Assembly: GCA_035623825.1 (NCBI GenBank)
Contig: DASPSR010000005.1
Span: 1-64,000, forward strand
Source: Nitrospirota bacterium
Lineage (GTDB): Bacteria; Nitrospirota; UBA9217
Reading direction: 5' to 3'
Length of the DNA stretch: 64,000 nt
The notes below the pieces were generated by a model. It searched no databases. It was not told where the DNA came from and worked only from the letters and a program-made list of their open reading frames with translations. The number at the start of each line of letters is the position of its first letter. Position 1 is the stretch's first letter. Positions 10,049 through 25,217 of this stretch are shown piece after piece. The position numbers and the translations under genes are program-made.

Positions 10049-11677
10049 TCATTCGTGCTGGTCCGGGTCGACCACCTCGCCCCCAAAGATGCGGAGCGCA
10101 TCCTGTACAAGTGGGTCTTGTTCCTCCTGTTTCTGCCTCTTTTGCGTTTTTTGCTTCGTATCGGTCTTTGCTGCTTCTGCAAGGAGCTGAATTTTAATCT
10201 GAATCTTCTTATTCAGAATCTCCGCGGCTAGGTCATCGAGAACGCTCCGGTTCTCCCGTTTGTCGAAGAGTTCTTTCTGAAAACTGCTGCCCTTCAAGTT
10301 AATCACGAGCTCGGTATCCGTCATTTTCACGGGTTTGCTGTGTGCGAGCGCCGAGGCCAAGCCCGGTTTTTTTGTCTTCAGGGCGCTCATGATCATGCTC
10401 CAAGCTTCATCATGCCCCCCGCTCGTTGCCGCAGCCGGCTGCGACGGGGATGATGTCGGCTCCTTCGACGGAGACTCCGCTGGCCGTTCCTGCACCACGC
10501 TCGCGAGGGTGGCATTTTGGCTGCGGCCGGCGGCGAGCCGCGCTTCGAGCGTCTTCAAGCGCGCAAGCACCTCGGCAAGCGGCTTCAGCGGTGACAGGTT
10601 GCACGCTTTGATAAGACCAACCTCGACTGTAAATCGCTGATTCGGGGACCAGCGCATATCGTCAAGCGTATTCGACAAGCTGTCGAAGAGCAGGAGAAGG
10701 TGTTCAGCCTCAGCCTCTGCGGCCTGCCGCTTGATGGCCTCGATATCTGAGGCAGGGAGCTCAATTATCGTGGCAGCTTCGGGAGAGATCTTCGCAACAA
10801 GGAGGTTCCGCAGGTGCTCAACCACGCCCGACAGAAACTGGCGCATATCCTGTCCCTGTTCCAAAAGTACGTCGATCAGTCTGAGCAATCCTGCGGAATC
10901 CCGAGACAATAGGCCGTCTGTGAATTTAAGGAGCGATTCCTGGGCAACGGTGCCGAGTGTGGTCTGGAGGTCTTCGTCCTTGATTTCCATTCCGCTGTAT
11001 GACACTGCTTGGTCCAGGAGGCTCTGCGAGTCGCGCATGCTGCCCTCGGCAGCCCGTGCGATCATGGCGAGTCCTGAGTCGGTTATCTTGATGCCTTCGG
11101 CGTAGGCAATCTTTCTAAGCCGGTCGATTATCTCTTGCAGTGGGATGCGCTTGAAACCGTATCGTTGGCAGCGCGAGTGAATGGTCGCGGGAATCTTGTG
11201 GGGCTCTGTGGTGGCGAAGACGAAGATCACATGCGGCGGCGGCTCTTCGAGGGTCTTGAGCAGGGCATTAAAGGCTTCGTTCGTGAGCATATGAACCTCA
11301 TCGATCACGTAAACCTTGTACTTGCCACCCATAGGTGCATACTTCACGGCCTCTCGAAGCTCGCGTATATGCTCGATGCCGCGGTTCGATGCACCATCAA
11401 TCTCAATGACGTCCGCCGACGTGCCGGCCGCGGTCTCAAGGCACGAATTGCACTTGCCGCAGGGGGTCGGCGTGGGGCCCTCTGCGCAGTTCAACGCCTT
11501 GGCGAGGATGCGCGCCGTCGTTGTTTTGCCCACTCCGCGGGGGCCGGAGAACAGGAAAGCATGCGCCAGCCTGCCGCTCGTTATAGCGTTCTGAAGCGTG
11601 CGCGTTATGTGCCCCTGGCCGACCACGTCATCAAAGACCTGCGGACGCCATTTTCTTGCCAAGACCTGATAACTCAT
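10049..11677 (-). CDS. dnaX: DNA polymerase III subunit gamma/tau
   Basis: YQVLARKWRPQ, GPRGVGKTT, IDEVHML, LKTLEEPP, SRC motif. Confidence 0.97.
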   Translation of the reverse strand: MSYQVLARKWRPQVFDDVVGQGHITRTLQNAITSGRLAHAFLFSGPRGVGKTTTARILAKALNCAEGPTPTPCGKCNSCLETAAGTSADVIEIDGASNRGIEHIRELREAVKYAPMGGKYKVYVIDEVHMLTNEAFNALLKTLEEPPPHVIFVFATTEPHKIPATIHSRCQRYGFKRIPLQEIIDRLRKIAYAEGIKITDSGLAMIARAAEGSMRDSQSLLDQAVSYSGMEIKDEDLQTTLGTVAQESLLKFTDGLLSRDSAGLLRLIDVLLEQGQDMRQFLSGVVEHLRNLLVAKISPEAATIIELPASDIEAIKRQAAEAEAEHLLLLFDSLSNTLDDMRWSPNQRFTVEVGLIKACNLSPLKPLAEVLARLKTLEARLAAGRSQNATLASVVQERPAESPSKEPTSSPSQPAAATSGGHDEAWSMIMSALKTKKPGLASALAHSKPVKMTDTELVINLKGSSFQKELFDKRENRSVLDDLAAEILNKKIQIKIQLLAEAAKTDTKQKTQKRQKQEEQDPLVQDALRIFGGEVVDPDQHE

Positions 11678-11864
11678 GAAATCCTCTGCGATCCCTGATC
11701 AAGACAAAAATGAAATTCCGTTAATCAAGGGTGAAAACAAACTAATATCAATTCCGGTTTATCGCCGTCATTGCGATCTCTGCTTCTTTCCGCGTCACAA
11801 CATGCCTGTCTGTCGTCTACGCTTTCTACCGGCTCTCCGGGACAACTTCGAAAAACATAAAAAA

Positions 11865-11978
11865 AGCTCACAAACCCGGGTTCCCCTGCGGCACACTCGG
11901 AACCCGCTTACCGCTGCTTCCTTCCGGACCTGACGGGGTTCACGGGACCGTGGTTGCGCAGGACCCGGGCTTATGAGC
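11865..11978 (-). ncRNA. ffs: Signal recognition particle RNA (4.5S)
   Basis: Reverse complement contains GTGAACCCCGTCAGGTCCGGAAGGAAGCAGCGGTAAG within a long closing stem; conserved position upstream of dnaX; ends approximate. Confidence 0.93.
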
Positions 11979-12041
11979 GCTCTATTCGCTGACCTTATAG
12001 GCTGCTTGAACCATCGGAACTGTTTAGCTGTTTTAGGAATA

Positions 12042-12129
12042 TGGCGGAGAGGGTGGGATTTGAACCCACGTTAGGTCGCCCTAAACACGCTTTCCAAGCG
12101 TGCGCCTTCAGCCGCTCGGCCACCTCTCC
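12042..12129 (-). tRNA. tRNA-Ser(GGA)
   Basis: Long variable arm; anticodon arm CACGC-TT-GGA-AA-GCGTG; CCA encoded. Confidence 0.93.
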
Positions 12130-12199
12130 GTTTGCAGCTCTCGGTTTAACCTGTTTAAGTGTTTCAAGCTGTTTTCACGGTTATCATCGTGTATTGTTA

Positions 12200-12289
12200 T
12201 GGCGGAGAGGGAGGGATTTGAACCCCCGGTGGAGTAACCCCCACAACAGATTTCGAGTCTGCCGCCTTCAGCCGCTCGGCCACCTCTCC
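12200..12289 (-). tRNA. tRNA-Ser(CGA)
   Basis: Anticodon arm GCAGA-CT-CGA-AA-TCTGT; long variable arm; CCA. Confidence 0.93.
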
Positions 12290-12366
12290 AGATGCTGCTA
12301 ACACATTTTTTTGACTAACGGCCATCGAGTGCAATCACAAACCGTCTTGCTTGCGAAATTTACGAG

Positions 12367-12843
12367 TTACGATTCATCGGGCGTCCTTATCCGCAACTTC
12401 TCAAAAAACCCCTGAAGCAACGTGCGGCACTGAGACTCCAGTATGCCGGCTGTTATTCGATAGGTATGATTCAGCCTGCCGTCGCGAACCACATCATATA
12501 CCGAGCCGAGTGCTCCTGCCTTGGGATCGCGGCAGCCGTAAACCAGCCGGCTAATTCTTGCAAGGACCATGGCGCCCGCGCACATTATACATGGCTCAAG
12601 TGTCACATATACGGTCGCGTCCTGCAAGCGCCATCTGCCAAGCCGCGACGATGCCTCGCGTATCACAAGCAATTCCGCATGTGCTGCGGGGTCCTGCCAC
12701 GTTTCCCGCATGTTGTGAGCGGCAGCGATGATCTCGCCGCCGACGACAAGCACTGCACCAACTGGCGTCTCTCCGCAGGCCGCGGCGGTCGCTGCTGCCG
12801 ACAGGGCCTCGCGCATGAAATCTTCGTCAGTCTTGTGGCCCAT
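12367..12843 (-). CDS. tadA: tRNA adenosine(34) deaminase
   Basis: ETPVGAVLV, AHAE, TLEPCIMC, DPKAGA. Confidence 0.95.
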   Translation of the reverse strand: MGHKTDEDFMREALSAAATAAACGETPVGAVLVVGGEIIAAAHNMRETWQDPAAHAELLVIREASSRLGRWRLQDATVYVTLEPCIMCAGAMVLARISRLVYGCRDPKAGALGSVYDVVRDGRLNHTYRITAGILESQCRTLLQGFFEKLRIRTPDES

Positions 12844-12934
12844 GTGCTGCATTCAATGGCGATCTCCACAGAAATCATCGCAGAGAACACGGAACCCGTC
12901 TCTGCGCTCTTTGTGGTGAGTACTGAATAATGAG

Positions 12935-13011
12935 TGGCGCGCCCAAGAGGATTCGAACCTCTGACCTACGGATTCGTAGTCCGTCGCTCTATCCAACTGA
13001 GCTATGGGCGC
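12935..13011 (-). tRNA. tRNA-Arg(ACG)
   Basis: Anticodon arm ACGGA-CT-ACG-AA-TCCGT; CCA. Confidence 0.95.
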
Positions 13012-13080
13012 AAAACAATACACTTACAGATGCGGATGGCATCCATGCCTCGTCTGGCTGATGCTTGCTCTCCCGGACTG

Positions 13081-13593
13081 CTACTTCGCAACCCCGCCGA
13101 CAAGGACGATGCCCACGTTCTCGTGCTGGAACGGATGAATGCCAGGCTGCAGAGCGAACAGCCAGTTGTTCCAGATCTCCTTGCCGTTCTCGGTAACCGC
13201 AATCAGGGCTGCAGGCATATTCGGTTTGTTCGATGCCGATTTGAACTCTTTATCGGTCATCTTGAAATCCGGCAGGAATGCCAGTACCTTTACGGTCATG
13301 TTGGTGTTCGGTATTGCCAGCTGAGATCCAATATTTACCGTGTACTCTTTAATGGTCTTAGTGGGCTTGTTCTCGATGGCGAGCTTGACAGCCTTCCATG
13401 CTTCTGTTACTTCCTTGGAAACAACGACCTGGCGCTCTACCTTAGGCACTTGGGGCATCCCGGCGGGCGGCATGCCGCCTTCCATGGGCGGATGTCCTGC
13501 TGGCATCTGTGGCTTCTCTTCTTTCTTCTTGCATGCACCGAATGAAAACGCGAGTACGACAACAACAAACACTGCGAGTACTTTCTGCATCAT
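13081..13593 (-). CDS. Lipoprotein, DUF2155-like
   Basis: Lipobox FGAC, Pro/Met-rich linker (MPAGHPPM), FLPDF...S..P.MPA..WLF..P..H pattern. Confidence 0.65.
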   Translation of the reverse strand: MMQKVLAVFVVVVLAFSFGACKKKEEKPQMPAGHPPMEGGMPPAGMPQVPKVERQVVVSKEVTEAWKAVKLAIENKPTKTIKEYTVNIGSQLAIPNTNMTVKVLAFLPDFKMTDKEFKSASNKPNMPAALIAVTENGKEIWNNWLFALQPGIHPFQHENVGIVLVGGVAK

Positions 13594-13683
13594 CGTGATA
13601 CCCTCCTTAGTATACATTTCTATATATCCGATTCAGCGGCTTTGGCATTCTGTTGCCGCTGTCTGTACATCTGTCTGAAAATC

Positions 13684-13773
13684 TGGCGGAGAGGCCGGGA
13701 TTCGAACCCGGGGTGGAGTTACCCCCACAACTGCTTAGCAGGCAGCTGCCTTCAGCCGCTCGGCCACCTCTCC
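13684..13773 (-). tRNA. tRNA-Ser(GCT)
   Basis: Anticodon arm GCTGC-CT-GCT-AA-GCAGT; long variable arm; CCA. Confidence 0.93.
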
Positions 13774-13799
13774 GCATCCTTTAAATTTTATTTTTTATC

Positions 13800-13885
<86 letters not shown>

Positions 13886-13950
13886 GAAAAAAATTGCGGA
13901 AACCAGAAGTCGGGATACAGAGGCCAGAAGAATCAGGTAAACTGGTCAGG

Positions 13951-15276
<1,326 letters not shown>

Positions 15277-16068
15277 TCAATAGCTTTTCTTGATAATCCG
15301 GGTCTCGAGCGCCTTGATTTTGATCTGAATGGCCTCTGGGTTCGAATAGACCGGCTCTATTTCTTTATAGAGCTTGAGTGCGTCGGTCAAGTAATCTCCG
15401 GCCTCGAGGCACCCCGCTAGAGCGAACTTTGCCTTGATGACAAGCTCGCTGTCCGTATTGTTCTCGAGCGCCTTTCGGTAGAACGTCTCCGCTTTTTCAA
15501 GTTCGCCCTTCGAAAATGCCGCGGTGCCAAGCCGGAAGTACGCGAGTTTAACCTGTGGGCCGTTAGGAAATTCCGAAACCTGGAGCATCCATGTATCTTT
15601 AGCCTGCTCTATCTTTCCCACGCGAAAAAGGCACTCGGCGAGACTGTACAGGCTCTTTTCTCTTATCTCGCGGTTTGAGTAATCCGCCGCTTTCCGGTAT
15701 TCCTCGATTGCACGGTCATAGTCGTTATAGCCGAGCTCGTAGATCTGGGCGATGTACCACTGGGCGGCGGGAGCCCTGTCACGGTGCGCATATCTCTTTA
15801 ACAACAGTCGCAGCGTCTGCAGCGCTTTCTCTGTCTCGCCGAGGTACAGGAACTGCGTCACCCCTGCCCAGTAAAGTGCTTCGTCCGCACGTGAACTGTA
15901 TGGATGATCCTTGGCAAGCGCAAAATACATCGTGACCGCACCCCGGTAGTCGCCGGCGTTCCAGCGTTTCGTGGCGGCTTCGTATTCGTTTATTGCGGAC
16001 TTATCGAACGTATCACAGCCTGCTAGCAGAGAACCGAGCAGGAGGATGATCATAAATGTCTTCATCAT
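15277..16068 (-). CDS. TPR-repeat lipoprotein (BamD/CpoB-like)
   Basis: Lipobox LAGC; repeated TPR-like helices. Confidence 0.75.
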   Translation of the reverse strand: MMKTFMIILLLGSLLAGCDTFDKSAINEYEAATKRWNAGDYRGAVTMYFALAKDHPYSSRADEALYWAGVTQFLYLGETEKALQTLRLLLKRYAHRDRAPAAQWYIAQIYELGYNDYDRAIEEYRKAADYSNREIREKSLYSLAECLFRVGKIEQAKDTWMLQVSEFPNGPQVKLAYFRLGTAAFSKGELEKAETFYRKALENNTDSELVIKAKFALAGCLEAGDYLTDALKLYKEIEPVYSNPEAIQIKIKALETRIIKKSY

Positions 16069-16070
16069 GG

Positions 16071-18554
16071 TTAAATATTTTGAGAGGACGCGGGATCCGG
16101 TTCGCTCTTGTCCTGCGCTGTCTCTTTTTCTTCCTCTCGCTCCACGACTTTGGCGAAGCTGACCACCTTGTCGCCCTCATCAATATCGAAAAGGCGCACA
16201 CCCCGCGTGTTTCGCCCCTGGACCGAGATGTCCTTGGTCCGGATTCGCAGCACTTTGCCATTCGTGGTGATGAGCAGTATCTCGTCGTCTTCGGACACCT
16301 GAGCCATGCCGATGACCCGACCGTTCTTCTCGGTCGTCTTAATCGTGATGATGCCTTTGCCGCCCCGGCCCTGACTACGGTAATCCTCAAGCGTGCTTCG
16401 CTTGCCGTAACCCTTTTCGGTAACCGTCAAGATCGTTGAATCGTCACGAACGATCTCCATGCCCACCACTTCATTGCCCTCATCGAGCCGGATGCCGATT
16501 ACGCCCTTGCCCGTTCGTCCGATCTCGCGAACGTCGGTTTCGGAGAACCGTATGGAGAGGCCGTCTCGCGTTCCGAGGAACAAATCTCGCCTGCCGTCAG
16601 TGATTTCAGCCGAGATGAGCTCATCGCCCTCTTCGAGGGTGATCGCGATGATGCCCGACGGCCGTGGGTGGCTGTAGGACTCTAGCTCCGTCTTCTTGAT
16701 TATGCCTTTCTTGGTTGCCATGAGAATAAAGTGCCCCGGCGTAAATCCTCTGACAGGCAGGGCGGCTGTCACGCGTTCGTACTGGCTGATCTGCATCAAG
16801 TTCACAATAGCCTTGCCCTTTGCCTGCCTGCTGGCCTCGGGAATCTGGTGTACCTTGAGCCAATAAACTCTGCCCTTGTTCGTGAAGAAGAGGATATAGC
16901 TGTGCGCCGTGGCCATAAAAAGCCTTTCCACAAAATCCTCTTCTTTGGTTTCCATTCCGATCTTGCCCTTACCCCCGCGCTTCTGCGCGCGGTAAGTGGT
17001 CAGCGGGTTACGTTTGATATAACCCGCGTGGGAGATTGTGATGACCATGTCCTCGTCCTTGATGAGGTCTTCGACGTCAATCTCCGAAGTTTCGGCAATA
17101 ATCTCCGTACGCCGGGGATCACCATATTCCTGCTTGATCGCAAGAAGTTCGTCTCTGATTATTTTCATAACGAGGGCATCGGAGGCGAGGATCTCATTCA
17201 GTCGCGCGATTTCCCTGAGCGTCTCTTCATACTCCGCCAGGATTTTGTCACGTTCAAGGCCCGTGAGGCGCTGTAAGCGCATGTCGAGAATGGCCTGTGC
17301 CTGTAATTCCGAAAGCTTGAACTCGCGTACCAGTCCGGTCCTTGCCTCTTCAGGGTTTGCTGATGACTTGATGAGCGCGATCACAGCGTCGAGGTTCTCA
17401 AGGGCGATCTTGAGGCCCAAAAGAATATGAGCGCGTTCCTCTGCTTTCCTGAGATCGAACTTGGTCCTTCGCACCACGACTTCCCTGCGGTGCTGGATGA
17501 AATTGGACAGAAGTTTGCGCAGATTCAAAATCCGCGGCTGGTTATTCACCAGTGCAATCATGATTACACCAAAAGTTGACTGCATGGCAGTGTGCTTATA
17601 AAGCTGGTTCAGGATTACGCTCGAGATCTCCCCTTTTTTCAAATCAATCACGATTCGCATGCCTTGCCGATCCGATTCATCTCGTATCTCGGAGATGCCG
17701 GTTATCTTTTTTTCCTGCACAAGTTCCGCGATCCGCTCGAGCAGCCTGGCCTTGTTGACTTGATAGGGAAGTTCGCTCACGACTATGCTCTCGCGGTCTC
17801 CCCTGCCTTCCTCGATGGTGGCCCGTGCCCGCATCTGGATGATGCCGCGGCCCGTGGTGTAGGCTTGCTTGATCCCTTCATAGCCGTGGATGAAGCCGGA
17901 TGTTGGGAAGTCAGGTCCTTTGATTGCGGTCATGAGATCAGGAATCGTGACCTCGGGATTATCAATCATCATCACGAGCCCGTCCACGACCTCGGACAGA
18001 TTATGCGGTGGGACGTTCGTGGCCATGCCCACTGCGATGCCGGCGGAACCATTAATCAGAAGATTTGGCACGCGCGAGGGGAGCACAGACGGCTCGTTCG
18101 TCGTGTCGTCGAAATTCGGGATGAAATCAACCGTCTCCTTGTCGATGTCCGCGAGCATGTCTTCAGCTAGTTTCGCGAGCCTTGCCTCGGTATATCGGTA
18201 GGCCGCGGCGGGATCGCCATCCACGGACCCGTAATTGCCCTGGCCGTCCACGAGAGGATAGCGCATGTTGAAGTCCTGCGCCATGCGCACCATCGTATCG
18301 TAGACCGCGCTGTCGCCGTGGGGATGATACTTCTTCAAGACCTCCCCCACAACGCCGGCGCTCTTGGAATACTTTTTATTATGCAGAAGACCTTCGCGGA
18401 ACATGGCATAGAGGATTCGCCGGTGCACGGGCTTCAAACCGTCGCGCACATCCGGCAGCGCTCGTCCCACGATCACGCTCATGGAGTAGTCAAGGTACGA
18501 GGTCTTCATCTCCTGTTCGATATTGATCTGTGATCTTATTTCTTGGGGTTCCAT
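16071..18554 (-). CDS. gyrA: DNA gyrase subunit A
   Basis: [31 protein letters not shown], GyrA box QKRGGKG. Confidence 0.97.
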   Translation of the reverse strand: MEPQEIRSQINIEQEMKTSYLDYSMSVIVGRALPDVRDGLKPVHRRILYAMFREGLLHNKKYSKSAGVVGEVLKKYHPHGDSAVYDTMVRMAQDFNMRYPLVDGQGNYGSVDGDPAAAYRYTEARLAKLAEDMLADIDKETVDFIPNFDDTTNEPSVLPSRVPNLLINGSAGIAVGMATNVPPHNLSEVVDGLVMMIDNPEVTIPDLMTAIKGPDFPTSGFIHGYEGIKQAYTTGRGIIQMRARATIEEGRGDRESIVVSELPYQVNKARLLERIAELVQEKKITGISEIRDESDRQGMRIVIDLKKGEISSVILNQLYKHTAMQSTFGVIMIALVNNQPRILNLRKLLSNFIQHRREVVVRRTKFDLRKAEERAHILLGLKIALENLDAVIALIKSSANPEEARTGLVREFKLSELQAQAILDMRLQRLTGLERDKILAEYEETLREIARLNEILASDALVMKIIRDELLAIKQEYGDPRRTEIIAETSEIDVEDLIKDEDMVITISHAGYIKRNPLTTYRAQKRGGKGKIGMETKEEDFVERLFMATAHSYILFFTNKGRVYWLKVHQIPEASRQAKGKAIVNLMQISQYERVTAALPVRGFTPGHFILMATKKGIIKKTELESYSHPRPSGIIAITLEEGDELISAEITDGRRDLFLGTRDGLSIRFSETDVREIGRTGKGVIGIRLDEGNEVVGMEIVRDDSTILTVTEKGYGKRSTLEDYRSQGRGGKGIITIKTTEKNGRVIGMAQVSEDDEILLITTNGKVLRIRTKDISVQGRNTRGVRLFDIDEGDKVVSFAKVVEREEEKETAQDKSEPDPASSQNI

Positions 18555-18650
18555 ATAGTCGTTGAAAACTCAAAATAGAAAATATCAATGATAAAATTGC
18601 ATTATTGATACGCTCTTTTCAGACGTGTGTTTTAACTTGCTTGAATGTTA

Positions 18651-21098
<2,448 letters not shown>

Positions 21099-21239
21099 TC
21101 ACCGCCAAAAGCGAGTTCCAATATACAACAAAATACACCAAATAATTTCCAACATCCGGAAAATACTTTTCAACCTCTTCTGTCTCTTACAAATCGGATA
21201 TTGGAATTGATTTGCTATTTGGTGCCTGTGATTTGTTCA

Positions 21240-22355
21240 TTACACGCGCATAGGCATGACAACACACTTGTAGTTTTCGTCGCCCACTTCCTTGATCAAG
21301 CACGGACTCAGGGGGTCGTTCAGCTCCAGCGTTATGTTCTGTCGGTCCATGGCCGTAAGGACGTCCAGAAGGTAGCGGGAGTTGAACCCGATCGTGATCT
21401 CTTCGCCTTTGTAATCAATCGCCAGCTCTTCGTTCGCCTCTCCCACTTCCGGGTTGTTCGTGGAGAGAATGAGCATGCCCTTATCAAGCTGCAGTTTCAC
21501 GGCGTTCGTCTTTTCTTTGGACAGGATCGAAACGCGCTTTACGGCGTGAGTGAGAATGTCTTTTTCAACCATGACCATCTTCGTGTTCTTCGCAGGCACC
21601 ACCTGGATATAGTTCGGATAGTTGCCATCGATGAGCTTCGACACCATGACCAGCCCATCCCGCTTGAACAACGCATGGTTCTTACTGAAACCAAGACGCA
21701 ATTCTGCTTGGGACGAGTCTTCCTCAAGGAGCCGCCGGAGCTCCATCATCGCCTTCTTGGGGATGATCATGCTCTCTTCCTTGTGCTTCGCATCTACAAC
21801 CCTATCGATCATGGAAAGCCGGTGTCCATCGGTACCGACCATGCGGATATTGAGGCCGTTCTTTGCCTGAGTCATCTGGACGAACAGTCCGTTCAACACA
21901 TAACGGGCATCGTTCTCCCCGACCGCATAGAGCGTCTTTTTTATCATCTCCCGAAGCGTCTCGCCTTCAATTGCGATCATGCCCTCTTCTGCGACATCGG
22001 GAAGCGACGGGTACTCGTCCTTGGGAAGAGCCACAAGCTTGAACTGCGAACGACCGGACTTTATCTTGACCCAGTTGCCATCCTCAACCTTGATCTGAAT
22101 TTCTTCGGCAGGCAGCTCACGTACAATCTCATACATCTTTTTGGCCGACACTGTAACGGCTCCCGGTATTTCGACGTCTGCAGCGTACCGGCCCCGAAGC
22201 CCGATTTCCAGGTCCGTAGCGATTATCTCCACACCGCCACCGTCAGCTGTTAGAAGCATGTTCGAGAGGATGGGCATGGTGTTTTTCTTTTCCACGACCC
22301 CCTGAATTCTCTGCAGGCCTTTAAGGATTTCTTCTTTCTTGATTTTCAGTTTCAT
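21240..22355 (-). CDS. dnaN: DNA polymerase III beta clamp
   Basis: ATDLEI, GTDGHRL, GNYPNY, C-terminal VVMPMRV. Confidence 0.97.
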   Translation of the reverse strand: MKLKIKKEEILKGLQRIQGVVEKKNTMPILSNMLLTADGGGVEIIATDLEIGLRGRYAADVEIPGAVTVSAKKMYEIVRELPAEEIQIKVEDGNWVKIKSGRSQFKLVALPKDEYPSLPDVAEEGMIAIEGETLREMIKKTLYAVGENDARYVLNGLFVQMTQAKNGLNIRMVGTDGHRLSMIDRVVDAKHKEESMIIPKKAMMELRRLLEEDSSQAELRLGFSKNHALFKRDGLVMVSKLIDGNYPNYIQVVPAKNTKMVMVEKDILTHAVKRVSILSKEKTNAVKLQLDKGMLILSTNNPEVGEANEELAIDYKGEEITIGFNSRYLLDVLTAMDRQNITLELNDPLSPCLIKEVGDENYKCVVMPMRV

Positions 22356-22441
22356 CGGGGAAGCCTCCAGTAATATTCAGAAATAGTATCAGAAACCCCG
22401 CCAAATAGCAATACATTTTTTTGCCGCTTTATCTTTTATTT

Positions 22442-23770
22442 TCAAAGTCTTAATTGCTTAATCAACATCTCAATTCTTGCTCGGAGTTCTGCGTCTTTTT
22501 CTTTCTTTTCCTCAATCACTTTACAGGCGTGGATCACAGTACTGTGGTCCTTTCCGCCAAAGAAGTTGCCAGTTTCCGGGAGCGAAGATCCAATCAGAGT
22601 TCTGCATAGATACATGGCCACCTGCCTCGGCAGGACCACCGTCTTTGTACGACGTTTGGATTTTAAGTCTGAAATTTTTACTCCGAACGATTCGGCAACG
22701 ACCTTCTGCACGAGCTCGTTGGTTATGACCCGGTTCTTGCTGTCAATAAGATATTTAAGTTCGTTCTTCGCCAAGTCCTGCGTTATCTCCGTGTTCGTTA
22801 GAGACGAAACGGCGCCGAGTTTTACAAGCCCCCCTTCGAGCTCCCGAATGTTACTTCTCATCATGGAGGCGAGAAATTCGGCCACATCGTCGGGGAGGCG
22901 GATTCCCCAAAAATCTGCCTTTTTCTTGAGAATGGCTATCCTCGTCTCCAGATCCGGCGGCTGGATATCGGAAATCAGACCGGACTCGAACCGCGAGCGG
23001 AGCCGCTCCTCGATGTCTGGGATCTCCTTGGGCTGGCGGTCGCTCGTAAGCACAATCTGCTTCTGCGCTTCATAGAGAGCATTGAACGTGTGGAAGAATT
23101 CCTCCTGCGTACGCTCCTTTCCAGCGATGAACTGTATGTCATCAATGAGCAGAATATCCATGTTCCGATACTTCTGTCGGAACTCTTCCATGCGCTGGTT
23201 GCTCATACGACTGATGAGCTCGTTCGTGAAATCCTCCGACGATAGGTACGCCACCTTCATGCGCGGTGACTTGCTCTGAATGTGGTGGCCAATGGCGTTG
23301 ACCAGGTGTGTCTTGCCCAGTCCTACTCCGCTGTAAATGAAGAGAGGATTGTACGTCCTGCCCGGTGCATCAGCGACGGCCCTGGCTGCCGCGTGTGCGA
23401 ACTGGTTGCTCGGACCAACCACAAAGTTGTTAAAAGTGTACTTCTTCTCGAACAGGCCGATTTTTTCTTCGCGCCCCTCTTTATTTTCATTTTTCATCTG
23501 CCTTGTCGCTTTTTTCGGTTCCTGGGGCTGTACGAAGAATTCAATTTCAACGTCGTTTCGCTTCGTTATTTCACTGATGACATCTGTTAATGTTTCCCAG
23601 TGATGCTCCTTTATCCAGTCCCTATGAAACTTACTTGGCACCTCGATAATTAATTTGCTACCATCAAAGGACTGGAACTTGGTCTGGCTAAACCAAGTAT
23701 CGTAACCCTGCTTGGACATTCGATTTTCTATGAGTAAAAGTATCTCTTCCCAAACCCGTTCCTGATCCAT
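22442..23770 (-). CDS. dnaA: Chromosomal replication initiator DnaA
   Basis: YTFNNFVVG, GVGLGKTHL, LLIDDIQF, NIRELEG, GGKDHSTVIHA; start set to the ATG at 23770 behind GAGG. Confidence 0.97.
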   Translation of the reverse strand: MDQERVWEEILLLIENRMSKQGYDTWFSQTKFQSFDGSKLIIEVPSKFHRDWIKEHHWETLTDVISEITKRNDVEIEFFVQPQEPKKATRQMKNENKEGREEKIGLFEKKYTFNNFVVGPSNQFAHAAARAVADAPGRTYNPLFIYSGVGLGKTHLVNAIGHHIQSKSPRMKVAYLSSEDFTNELISRMSNQRMEEFRQKYRNMDILLIDDIQFIAGKERTQEEFFHTFNALYEAQKQIVLTSDRQPKEIPDIEERLRSRFESGLISDIQPPDLETRIAILKKKADFWGIRLPDDVAEFLASMMRSNIRELEGGLVKLGAVSSLTNTEITQDLAKNELKYLIDSKNRVITNELVQKVVAESFGVKISDLKSKRRTKTVVLPRQVAMYLCRTLIGSSLPETGNFFGGKDHSTVIHACKVIEEKKEKDAELRARIEMLIKQLRL

Positions 23771-23808
23771 AAAAAACCTCGAAAAAAAAATTCCAGTTAC
23801 AAACATAC

Positions 23809-23828
23809 TTATCCACAGGTGTGGATAG
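23809..23828. promoter_or_regulatory. Paired DnaA boxes upstream of dnaA (autoregulation or accessory origin)
   Basis: TTATCCACA (perfect) at 23809-23817 and TGTGGATAG at 23820-23828, inverted. Confidence 0.8.
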
Positions 23829-24342
23829 TTCGTTTAATCGTTTATTTTCAAGACGTTAATCGTCCGCTCGGAGGCTTATTATCCGCTTTTTTTAGCCCTA
23901 TTTTTGCTGGATTTTGTAAGTTCCATGAGGATTGAGATAAGCATAACTTTTGCAAATTTCTAGCAAGATACCCTGTCAGCAAGACGAAAACTTGACTATA
24001 CCAGAACACGACCATTCTGGCAAGGTCTTTTTATTTTACCAAAGACCATTTGCTGTGAGTCAAACTAAGTTCGTATAACGCACAAAAAAATAAGTCCGTT
24101 GATTGTCGCTTTCTCTTGTTCCGCTTCTTTTCTGCCCAAATTACTTTTTTGCCCGCGTACAATCTCTTAGCGAATCTCCGGTAAGACGGGGGATCATTTT
24201 GCAGGTGGTAGGTTAGAACTTGCGTGCTACGAGGTACCCTATATATAAAAAATTGCTTGACTTCGAAACTTTATCTGTTATATATTAAAACGGTCGTCTC
24301 AGTTTGGTATTGGCAAATAATGTAAGGGAGGTGATACATCAT

Positions 24343-24585
24343 ATGTCAGCAGAAGTAAAGGTCGACCAGATTTTGGACTGCAAAGGAATGAGCTGCCCTC
24401 TACCCATATTAAAAACCAAAAAGGCCGTTGAATCGCTCACAAAAGGTCAAGTGCTAAAGGTTTTAACTACGGATCCGGGCTCTAAGAACGACATGAGCTC
24501 CTGGGCAAAAAGGACAGGTAACGAAATCCTCAATGTGGAAGAAGGCTCCGGCACGTTCACCTTTTATATCAAAAAGACCTCATAA
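24343..24585 (+). CDS. tusA: Sulfur carrier protein, TusA family
   Basis: LDCKGMSCPLP (CPxP), TTDPGS; sigma70-like TTGACT...TATATA promoter at 24257-24284. Confidence 0.88.
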   Translation: MSAEVKVDQILDCKGMSCPLPILKTKKAVESLTKGQVLKVLTTDPGSKNDMSSWAKRTGNEILNVEEGSGTFTFYIKKTS

Positions 24586-24598
24586 AGGAGATCCGATC

Positions 24599-25072
24599 AT
24601 GTCTCAGAATAAGATGACGATTATTGCATCGAAAGGTTCGCTGGACATGGCTTATCCGCCCTTGATCCTCGCCACCACTGCAGCGGCAATGGATTTTGAT
24701 GTTACGATATTTTTCACGTTCTTCGGACTTGACATAATCAAAAAAGGATACGCAGATAAACTAAAAATTGCGCCTATCGGAAACCCTGCCATGCCGATGC
24801 CGGTGCCGATTCCAACGCTCGTCGGATCACTTCCCGGAATGGAGGCTATAGCGACTGCTATGATGAAGTCCATGTTTAAGAAACACGGCGTCGCGACCAT
24901 CAGCCAGTTGCTCGACCTTGCCAAGGAAAGCGGCGTAAAACTTATTGCGTGCCAGATGACCATGGATGTGATGGGCGTTAAGCAGTCGGACATCATTGAT
25001 GGTGTCGAGTTTGGCGGCGCCGCCATGTGGATGGATTCTGCAACGGACGCGAAGATTAATCTGTTCATCTAG
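24599..25072 (+). CDS. DsrE2/DsrF/DrsH-like sulfurtransferase
   Basis: KGSLDMAYPPLILATTAAA, FFTFFGL, IACQMTMD. Confidence 0.88.
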   Translation: MSQNKMTIIASKGSLDMAYPPLILATTAAAMDFDVTIFFTFFGLDIIKKGYADKLKIAPIGNPAMPMPVPIPTLVGSLPGMEAIATAMMKSMFKKHGVATISQLLDLAKESGVKLIACQMTMDVMGVKQSDIIDGVEFGGAAMWMDSATDAKINLFI

Positions 25073-25116
25073 TGCGGTTTGGAAATCACTCCTGAAGTGC
25101 CAAGCTGTTTTTCGTC

Positions 25117-25146
25117 AAAAACCGGTTCATCAAGGAACCGGTTTTT
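25117..25146 (+). terminator. Intrinsic terminator
   Basis: AAAAACCGGTTC-loop-GAACCGGTTTTT. Confidence 0.75.
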
Positions 25147-25217
25147 CATTTTGACTATTCCGTTCTTTTTTACAGGTCTGGACATTTATTCATATTTATG
25201 CTAAAAGGTCGTTACTA

